Shown here one piece after another: positions 27,673 through 37,100 of a DNA stretch of 64,000 bases (position 1 is the stretch's first letter; each line of letters begins with the position of its first letter). The notes below the pieces were generated by a model. The model had not been told where the DNA came from, ran no database searches, and saw only the letters and a list, made by a program, of their open reading frames with translations. This DNA comes from Lepidodermella squamata (Eukaryota > Animalia > Gastrotricha). Both the position numbers and the translations under genes were made by a program. The stretch lies in the NCBI GenBank assembly GCA_047495785.1, contig JBLDXI010000003.1, forward strand, positions 3,906,001-3,970,000. Reading direction: 5' to 3'.

Positions 27673-28542
27673 TCATTTATTAGCAGATAATTTCTTTTTC
27701 TTGCTTTTCGGCGGTTCTAGTTTTTCATTTTCAGCGTTCTCTTCAACCACATTTACATCTTCAGCAGATAAACCTCCAACAACTTGTACTCCCAAAATGC
27801 CGCGACGAGAGAGACCGTGATGTAATGCGGCAAGAGGTGCGTCAAGGACGCTAGCCCAGCCATCGCGGATGTTCAAACCGAGGAAATCCGCCAAATTCGC
27901 TACATCGGCGGGTGGACGCAGCTCGATTGCACTTTTAGCTTCGCCCGATAGCGCAAACAAACCTTTACCGCCGCCTTTTGTACGCGATGTTAGAACTTGA
28001 GCGAATGCAATCGACGAAGTTCGCGTAGTGGAGTCTCGTATCATAGGTCCATAGTTCATTTCGCATACAAGTCCTGAGGCGTGGAGTAAAGAGTGACGCA
28101 AACTCTGTGGTGTCCACTGGAGCACGTTGAATGATATTACATCTACCGGGACCTGTCCTTCGCAAGCTGAAGTCAACAAGGCTTCACTGAGAGGCTTCAG
28201 GGCGATTATATCGAAATAAGCTGCAGTTGGGTCTCTTAGAACCCGAGCGATAGACATATCTTCGGCAATCAAGGTGAGGCGTGAATAAATTTTGACTGAT
28301 TCAGGTAGTTTGATTTGCGATACCAACTTTTTGAAAACGTTGTGAGAAGGAATTTTGATCGGACGATTGTCTTTAGGCACCTCAAATTCATAGGTGAGGA
28401 CGATATTTCGATAGCCCAATTCAATGAGAGTTCTGACACGGGCTAACGTTTCCTCGTCTGATAGTGACACAGGAACATTCAAGTCCCATGTGTCTGCTTT
28501 GGATGCAAGGCCAGCTTTAGAGCGCTTAGTTCTTTTCTTCAT
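27673..28542 (-). CDS. RPP30: Ribonuclease P/MRP protein subunit p30
   Basis: WDLNV, ELGY.NIVL, IYSRLTL, FDIIAL.P, E.NYGPMIRDS..R and SGEA....ELRPPADVANL motifs; first in-frame ATG at 28542 (the track's 28704 start is not ATG). Confidence 0.92.
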   Translation of the reverse strand: MKKRTKRSKAGLASKADTWDLNVPVSLSDEETLARVRTLIELGYRNIVLTYEFEVPKDNRPIKIPSHNVFKKLVSQIKLPESVKIYSRLTLIAEDMSIARVLRDPTAAYFDIIALKPLSEALLTSACEGQVPVDVISFNVLQWTPQSLRHSLLHASGLVCEMNYGPMIRDSTTRTSSIAFAQVLTSRTKGGGKGLFALSGEAKSAIELRPPADVANLADFLGLNIRDGWASVLDAPLAALHHGLSRRGILGVQVVGGLSAEDVNVVEENAENEKLEPPKSKKKKLSANK

Positions 28543-28855
28543 TAGCGTTGTTTGGATTTTCAGGCACTTGTAGACCGACAAGTCTAGCAGTTTCAGCAAT
28601 AGACCGTATTCCTTTGGCGTGGTACCTATCGACCAACTCCTGACGCTGGCGGCTACTTCGTAGGAAGGATAGATATGTTTCCGCGATGTAGCGCTGTTCT
28701 TCACTGTGCCGGCAATATTGCTCAGCAGTGTCCCGGTTTTTTCTCGCCGATGTTGTTAGATAGTTCCACAATTGGCTTTTTCGCACTTTTTTGTAAGATG
28801 AATAGCTTTCAAATCGATGTAACTCGTTGGCTATATTTCTTAGAACTTTTAGCAT
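28526..28855 (-). CDS. FMC1: FMC1 (C7orf55) mitochondrial ATP synthase assembly factor
   Basis: 109 aa; LR.I..EL...YL....R....T.EQYCR...E....AETYL.FLRS.R...EL...YH.KG.RS..ETA.LVGL..P is the FMC1 signature. Confidence 0.9.
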   Translation of the reverse strand: MLKVLRNIANELHRFESYSSYKKVRKSQLWNYLTTSARKNRDTAEQYCRHSEEQRYIAETYLSFLRSSRQRQELVDRYHAKGIRSIAETARLVGLQVPENPNNANEEKN

Positions 28856-29403
28856 GCCTAACCAACAGTAAAGTAACGAACCTTCATTACTATGATTTAA
28901 TTAAAAAAATTAAGACCAGAGGATTCAGCTTTTATGAATTGTAAATGCCATGATCATGGTTCTATCTGCTATAACAGATGATAGGCGACGCCTTCGTTTG
29001 AAGTTAAGTTAAGAATTAGGAGTTACTACTTGACTGTTAGCCAGCAGCAAATTAAGAAGCCAGCCAGCTTTACTTAGTTCCAGCTGGTAGCTAAAAGAGG
29101 TGGCTGAGATCACGAGTTAAGCACCAGGTAGCAGCTGTTTAAGCAGTTCTCGCATAAACAAAGGCGACCGAGATATTCCAGTCTCAATCAAACCCTCTTT
29201 AAGCTCGAAGGTCTACTCTAGCAAACCTCGACAACTTAACTTGTTGCATGGAACGCTTCAAACTCGCCCAACTTTTCCCAGAGGAATCCCAAAATCAACC
29301 TCCAAAAATTATTTTCCCGCGCGTTTTTGACTCAAAATATATATATAATCAATTTTGAACTATTAAAATTTTATCCCGTTATTTTTCAAATTCTTATATA
29401 TTT

Positions 29404-29458
29404 AGCAACGTGGCATCACGTGCTAGCTTTACGCCACGGAGACCCTGGACACGTCATC
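29404..29458 (+). promoter_or_regulatory. UPR (XBP1/ATF6-type) element cluster upstream of HSP90B1
   Basis: GGACACGTCATC at 29447-29458 (GATGACGTGTCC on minus, UPRE-like), plus ACGTGGC, CACGTG and CCACG within 55 bp, ~275 nt upstream of the endoplasmin ATG. Confidence 0.6.
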
Positions 29459-29732
29459 CTTTGCGGCTCGAATATTCTCACCGGTGTTTTTAAAGTGGTC
29501 TTACCGGGATCTATTGTTCAAAGAACGTATACGCATTAATTTGATGCTCGTTTTTAACTCGTTTTTAAATAAAAAACCACAATTTGATGTTCTTTGCGCA
29601 GCTTGCATCCGATATTTATTGAATTGATAATTGATCTGATAGCTCTCTCAATTTGGCTTGCATCCAATTCCCTAGATTTAACATGGCTTAATTTTGCTGT
29701 ATATTTTGTTGGTTTAGTGTCTGATTATTAAA

Positions 29733-32248
29733 ATGAATCGAAAGTTCAAATTGATAATTGGATTGAGCGTTCTCGTGTTTTTGTTATGCACTGAACGCAT
29801 CACCGCTGGTAAAGCTGCGGATGATGATGACGATGATGGTGCTGAGACCGATTCTCCTGGTACTGTTACTGACCGACATGGCAAGAGTCGCGAAGGCTCC
29901 CGCACTGACGACGAAGTCGTAAAAAGGTATGCTGAACTAACGCCTTCTAATCCCATTTAATCATGCTTTTCTTGTTACAGAGAAGAGGAAGCTATTCGGC
30001 TTGACGGTCTCAATGCCGCGCAGTTCAAGGAGCTTCGCGACAAGGCTGAGAAGCACGCTTTCCAGGCTGAAGTCAACCGCATGATGAAGATTATCATCAA
30101 TTCTTTGTACAAAAACAAAGAAATCTTCTTGCGCGAGCTTATTTCGAACGCTTCTGATGCCTTGGACAAGATCCGCTTGTTTTCGCTCACTGACAAGAAC
30201 GCACTCAACGCTACTCCAGAATTGGTCATTCGCATCAAGGCTGACAAGGATGCTGGCATGCTCCACATCACCGATACTGGTATTGGTATGACCAAGCTGG
30301 AGCTCGAGAAGAACCTTGGTACTATAGCCAAATCTGGTACTTCGGAATTCTTGGAGCGGCTAGAAAAAGTCTCTGGCGACGAGAAGCCGGAAGTTCAGCT
30401 TACCGATATGATTGGTCAATTCGGTGTTGGTTTCTACTCGTCTTTCCTCGTTGCCGACCGCGTTATCGTCACCTCCAAATCGAACGATGATGCCAAGCAA
30501 TACATTTGGGAGTCCGACTCCTCGAGCTTCACCATCGCCGAAGATCCTCGCGGCAACACCCTCAAGCGCGGTTCGCAGATCAGCCTGGTTCTCAAGGAAG
30601 AGGCCCGTGACTACCTGGAGGAAGCTACGCTCAAGGACCTCGTCAAGAAATACTCGCAGTTCATCAACTTCCCTATCTACATGTGGACCAGCAAGACCGA
30701 GAAGGTTGAAGTGCCTGCTGACGAGGAGGAAGCCGCGCCGGAAAAGAAGGAAACCACCGACGAAGCTACCGTCGAAGAAGAAAAGGAAGAGAAGAAGGAC
30801 AAGAAGAAGACCATCGACCGCACTGTCTGGGACTGGGAGTTGGTCAATGACACCAAGCCAATCTGGGTTCGCAAGCCTCACGAAGTTACGGAAGACGAAT
30901 ACAACGCTTTCTACAAGACGATCTCGAAGGATCACGATACCCCACTTGCCAAGATCCACTTCACCGCTGAGGGCGAGGTCACTTTCCGTGCCATTCTCTA
31001 CTTGCCGAAAGCCGCTCCCCCAGATCTCTTCTCGCAGTATGGCAAGAAGACCGACTTCATCAAGCTGTACGTCCGCCGTGTTTTCATCACTGATGACTTC
31101 TCTGTAAGTGAATCTCATGATTTTTGTGTATTTTATCTATATTTCATTCTGTTTTTCAGGACATGATGCCGAAGTACCTGTCTTTCGTCAAGGGTGTCGT
31201 CGATTCTGACGATCTGCCTCTGAACGTTTCTCGCGAAACCCTTCAACAGCACAAACTTCTGAAGGTTATCAAGAAGAAGTTGGTCCGCAAGACTCTCGAC
31301 ATGCTGAAGAAGCTGAACGACGAAGAGTTCGAGACCTTCTGGAAGGAATACAGCACCAGCGTCAAGCTCGGAGTAATCGAAGATCACGCCAACCGCACTC
31401 GCCTGGCTAAGCTGCTCCGTTTCCATTCGTCGAATGCTGATGACAAGCAGACCTCCCTTGCCGACTACGTCTCTCGCATGAAGGAGAAGCAGGAAGCGAT
31501 CTACTTCGTTGGATGCTCCAACCTCGACGAGTGCCGCAAGAGCCCGTTCGCCGAGAAGCTGCTCAAGCGCGGTCATGAAGTTCTGTACCTGGCTGAGCCT
31601 ATCGATGAGTACACCATTCAGTCTTTGCCCGAGTTCGACGGCAAGCGTTTCCAGAACGTTGCTAAGGAAGGTCTCAAGGTGGATGATTCTGAAGCCGCGA
31701 AGGAAGCAAAGGCTGCCCTCGAGAAGGAGTACGAGCCTCTGATGAAGTGGCTCAAGGAAGATGGTCTGAAGGATCTGGTCGAGAAGGCCCAGATTTCGGA
31801 CCGCCTGGCTGACTCGCCCGCCGCCCTCGTCGCCTCGAGCTACGGCTGGTCTGGCAATATGGAGCGCATCATGAAGGCGCAAGCCTACGCCAAGGCCAAG
31901 GACCCGTCCCAGGACTTCTACTCGACTCAAAAGAAGACCCTCGAGCTCAACCCGCGCCATCCCCTCGTCAAGGAACTGCGCCGTCGCTTCGATGACGTCG
32001 ACTCTCAGGACCAGGCTAAGGACTTGGCCGAGTCTCTCCTCGACATGGCCACCGTCCGCTCTGGCTACGCTGTTCGCGACACCGCTGTTTTCAGCGAGCG
32101 CTTCGAACGCATGCTTCGCCGGGCTGCGAACGTCCCCCTCGACGAGCCGGTCGAACCAGAGCCGGAGTTGCCTGAAGACTCTGCCAAGGAAGAATCCACC
32201 TCGAGCAAGTCTGAATCCTCAAAAGACGAAGACCATGAAGAGCTGTAA
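29733..32248 (+). CDS. HSP90B1: Endoplasmin / GRP94 (ER HSP90), 3 exons
   Basis: Signal peptide, [47 protein letters not shown]-terminal ER-retention HEEL; introns ~29927-29980 and 31104-31159; strong C/G-ending codon bias. Confidence 0.98.
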
Positions 32249-34504
32249 ATCAACTACCTAGAACTTTCTGACGTGATGATAAAACAGGTGTTGTTGAAAG
32301 TTTGCCGGCGCCGCCAAAAACAGAACGAATACATGTGGGCTCTGTGATAAATGATAAACGTTATTGTGTGTGTTTTTGCTCTCTATCTCACGTCATTGCA
32401 TGTTCTGTAGCCTAATATCTAGTATTTAACGTCCAATCCATTTATTCTCATTAGAGCTGGTATAATATGAATGAAAAAAAGTTGGCAATTTGAAGTAAAT
32501 GAAAGCTTTGATAAGTCTTATGTTTTTTCTCTAATTAATAATTCTCTTGGATGCTAGCGAAAAGCGATAATTTCGTTGTATTTCCAGTGATTTTTCTAGT
32601 TTCGTTTTTTGGTCTCTGACGGTATCTCGGTTTTTTTTCAATCTAAATTAATTCATTCGAGTTGTGCATTTCTGATGATTATTTGACGTAAAAACAACGA
32701 TAAATTATAAAATATTTCTTTTGTTTGTAATCTGTACTTCTTGCCTCTACTGCTGCCACCCTAAAATTATTCTCGAGTGCAAGTGAATCGATGAAGATGT
32801 ACTAACTTGCAGTGCTAAATAACTGATGAAAACGTGTCATCTTATTATACTATTATCATTATTGATGCCTGCAGTAGGCTCTCGCTACTTATATAAATGT
32901 ATCGATGATAAAATAAAAACGTGTTTGGGTTTTGTCAAATAACGACGCGGTGTTTTGAATTTCAGCAGGTGCAATAAAGTAGGCGGATTGAATGAGATGC
33001 GCCATGACCCAGACGGAAATGCGAAATATTCAGGTCATCGTAAAATCACTTTGTGCGTAATTAAAACTCCACCTTAAACATATTTCCGCATTGAGATGCG
33101 TCGTGAAAATAGATTAAGACGGCGTAATTGGGTCAGTTTTTTTCGAGTGGCACGCGTGGCCTGTTTCGCTATAACCGGCTGACGATGACGATGCTGAAGT
33201 GCGCTCTTCTTTTCCTCTCGTAGCAGAAATTTTCGGCTTTGACGAAGGTGTTGGTAGGTAGATTTTTCGCGCGCACGACTGGCAGTGTCTCTTTTGCTCG
33301 CTCGCCCGGCGTCAATATTTGATTTCAATTGGCCCAGCGCGCGCGCGCCGTTGTCGCTAAATTAGTACTTTACACCGCGATATCAAGAGGAAACTTTGCT
33401 TGCTTCATTGCAAAGTGTAGTAAAATAAGGTACAAACATCATCCTCATCATCGGCATCTCATTACGCGAAGGAGCTACGGTGTCTTGTGAGCAATGGAAC
33501 TTTTTCGTCTCTCGACTCCGCGAGCTGGCGTGTGTAGTCGAGTGGAGGAGCTCAAGGTGGCGCTACGTTTATCACTTTACGACGGTGATGATATGATGAA
33601 CGCACCTCTCTCCGAGTAGTAGACGTAATAATAACTGCAGAAAAGAAACAATACCCATAATAATTGTAAGTAATTGGCAAAAGTTTGCCACATTCCACAT
33701 CGCCAGGCGTTACACACATCTTTTTAACGTGTATGATATCGCTGCATATAAGTATAATGATGCAAAAACTGCGACAGCGACGACGACGACGATATGAGCA
33801 AACGCGACGACAGGCGTAGAAGACATACGCACACACACACACACACGTTAACACAGGTATTATTATTTTACTCGCTCTCTGTGAAATTTCTTCTTCAGCT
33901 GCACCCATCACAGCCAAGATTCCTCCCTGTCAATATTTGTCCATATAAGAATACAGCAATAATATCGCTGTAATAAGTGTATAAAGCGCTCGCTGTTGCG
34001 CTTCATTAATTGCCACTTACGCTAAGCTAGATACATCCTCTAATAATAGAGACATAATAAAAGAATGTTGGTTCATTTTTATTACACCGCATTGTTTGCT
34101 TATTCGTTTCGTCATCATCGTCATCATTATCATCGCCATCACCTCTCGCGACTATGAATAAACGCGCTCTTCAGTTATCTGTCAAGCTCGTCGCCGAAAA
34201 ATTGAGTTGTTGTTGGCTTTGCGTTCTTTTTCCGCCCGTTTTGCCGTTATTGCCGTTCCTCGGTTTTGCCGCTCGCGAGTCCGCGCGCGCGGCCGTTATT
34301 GCCCCTCAAATAACGCGCGCGCGCACAGTACTAATAAAAAGACGCACCCTCCACCAACATCTACCTTAAATTACAGCCGGTCTTCATTTTATCCTACTCA
34401 TTTTCCGTTAAACTGAGTTTTCCTGTTTCTCTTATCAATTAATAGCGGCTGCAGCTCGGTTTGTTAAGAGCAAGAAAGCGAGTGATTTGAAGAGCAAAAT
34501 CGTG

Positions 34505-37061
34505 ATGAAAACACACCAGACTGGCAGTGGCCAGTCGTCTGGAGGCGTCAAGATGTGTTTGGTGTGCGGCGACAAGGCCTCCGGTAGCCACTACGGCATC
34601 GATACCTGCGAGGGCTGCAAGGGATTCTTTCGTCGGTCTGAAGCGGGTGGCAAACTGCAGTACAAATGCTCCCGAACAAATGGTAACTGCCACATCGATC
34701 GCAGCAGCAGAATTCGTTGCCAGTATTGCCGTTATCAGGTATGAATTGATTTTACTTATTAGGAGCAACACTAAAATTGACCCAGTTACATTGACTAATC
34801 CACTGCGAAATAGCTCTTCTGACACATTTTTTCTACAGACAGTTGATGCGGGATTTTTTTTAATCCATCATACCGTTATTCGTAAATTTAGAAAAAGTCA
34901 CCACTACTTCGTGATTTCATGATTTCTTGCTTGATTTGTATTATCGCATCTGTGAAATATGCATGTCGAATAGTATGTCATGGGGCTGGTTGGCTCCTTG
35001 TTTTCAATAGGCTTGGTGCATCCAGAGTTGTTGAATGAAAATCTTTGTGAAAATGTCGTGCGTTTTTCGGCGCAGTAAAAATTATTAAGGGGCCTTTTTA
35101 TTTAATTTTTTCGCCATTTCATTTATTTTGCGAGGTTTCCCGTCAAAATCAGTAAAATTAATAATTTTATTTGATTTTGGTAGAAATGTCTCGCGCTCGG
35201 AATGAATCGCTCGAAGTCGAAATACGGCCGCCAGTCGAAGACGAAAAGCCTATTCAACGCCGTTCGCGTCATGCCCATCGACGGCCCGGCCACATCGTCA
35301 CATCCCTACGCCTTGCAATCGTCGGCCAGCCTTGCCAGCCGTTACCTCGCCGCAGCCGAAGCCGCCGCATCGCCCACATCGACCAGCAACAACGGCGCGA
35401 TGTTCCTCGACGGCCGCGACTACACAACCGACGTGATGACTGTAAATGGCCACGTGATCGGTGCAACCCCGTCTAATCGATCGTCCTGTGCTCACATGAT
35501 GGTGCCGCCCGCCGCTCACTCGTCGCCCTCGTCCTCGGCCTCATCGCTCCACGTCAACAACGCAACGATTGGCGCAAGCGCGAGTTTCGTCGACTACTCA
35601 TCGCCATTTTCGGCCTCGAACTACGACGCTAATTACCTATCATCAGCTGCCTACCAAACTACCACACCCAGCAGTTCGGCTTTCACGCAATGGAACAACG
35701 CCACGCCTAGCTCTACTGCGACTGCTACCAACCCGGCTGCGTCTTTTTGTGTTGCGTATCAAGCTAGTAATACCGAACAAACCAGCAGTTATTTCTACTC
35801 AAATTACAACTCGACGTACAACTCAAGCGATTTAGTAATCACAACTCCGGTCAATCGTCGCAGCTCATCTATCGCGAAACCAAGTGCTGTTAAGGTGGCT
35901 AGTTCTTTGAATGCGTCGATTCCGAACCCCTCGATGATGGCTGGGATGATTTCGACGGCGTTCACCCGCCATCTTGGTCCAAATGAGGTGATACCAAAAG
36001 CTGGCTCGTGCGTCGCTGTTCACCGTGGGTTTTTCTCTTCGCCGTCGCATTTTTGGTTGTCGTGGGCGTTGGCGCTGGAGAAACTTGGCAAACGTGTTGT
36101 CGAATTCGCTAAAGATATTCCCGGTTTTAACTTGTTTTCTCAATACGATCAAATGCTTCTACTCAAAAGATGTAAGTTTTAAGAGATTTTCAGTATTTTT
36201 TCACTCGTTTCATTATTTTATTTTATAGCTTGTCTTCAATTGGTTTTCATTCGGCTTATGCGTACTTACGATGCTGGAACCAACTCACTTCTGCTACCTC
36301 TCTGCTCCGATACCATGTCACCATCGTCCAGTATCGTATCGGTTGATCCCGATGTTGTCGAAACTCGCATCTCGATTTCTGAAATCGCCGAGTCTGCAGG
36401 TTTGGCTACATGCTTTTCCGCTTGAAGTAGAGATCGCTAGAGGTCGCATTAGCAGTTGAGCTCAATCTTTGTTCATTTTCATTAAAAAGCCGCTCTGAAA
36501 GCGACTGACCCCTCCGGAAGTGGCTCTAATTAAAGAGCCACCAGGCCGGAACGTTCATCAACGGCCGCATGGGACCAGCTACCTGTGAAGGTCGCCGGCC
36601 TCGTGTGGCCAAGTTCGCGCTCAGGGCCAGTCACCACGCCTCGTCATCGCGGGTTGGGTTTGTCGTCAGATGAGGCTGACGTTGGGGCAAATCTAAATAA
36701 AGAAATGATCCCAAGAAGTATGATCTTAAATTGATATTATAAATTTGTTTGAGCCCGTTCTGGGATGAAACTTCACACAGCCAGTCTATAGCTGTGACTA
36801 TTCAAATTACAAAAATAAAAAAAAAAATGGAAAATTGAGGAAAAAAGTTGCTCCTTGGCAGGGAATCGAACCCTGGTCTCCCGCGTGACAGGCGGGGATA
36901 CTAACCACTATACTACCAAGGATTGGCTGATTATATAAGTCCCAAGCACCGACTGATAAGATTAGGCACGCCGAAGCGAAAATTAGTGCAGCAGTTTAGT
37001 ATCACTTTTCGAAAAATATGGAACGCTTCACGATTTTGCGTGTCATCCTTGCGCAGGGGCC

Positions 37062-37100
<39 letters not shown>

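Noticed and set aside
28543-28704. N-terminal extension of the RPP30 ORF in the track (343 aa)
   Set aside because: Starts at a non-ATG codon inside FMC1 and shows no RPP30 similarity; the first ATG is 28542.
30360-31960. Long antisense and alternative-frame ORFs over HSP90B1
   Set aside because: Explained by the strong C/G third-position codon bias of a highly expressed gene; no protein motifs.
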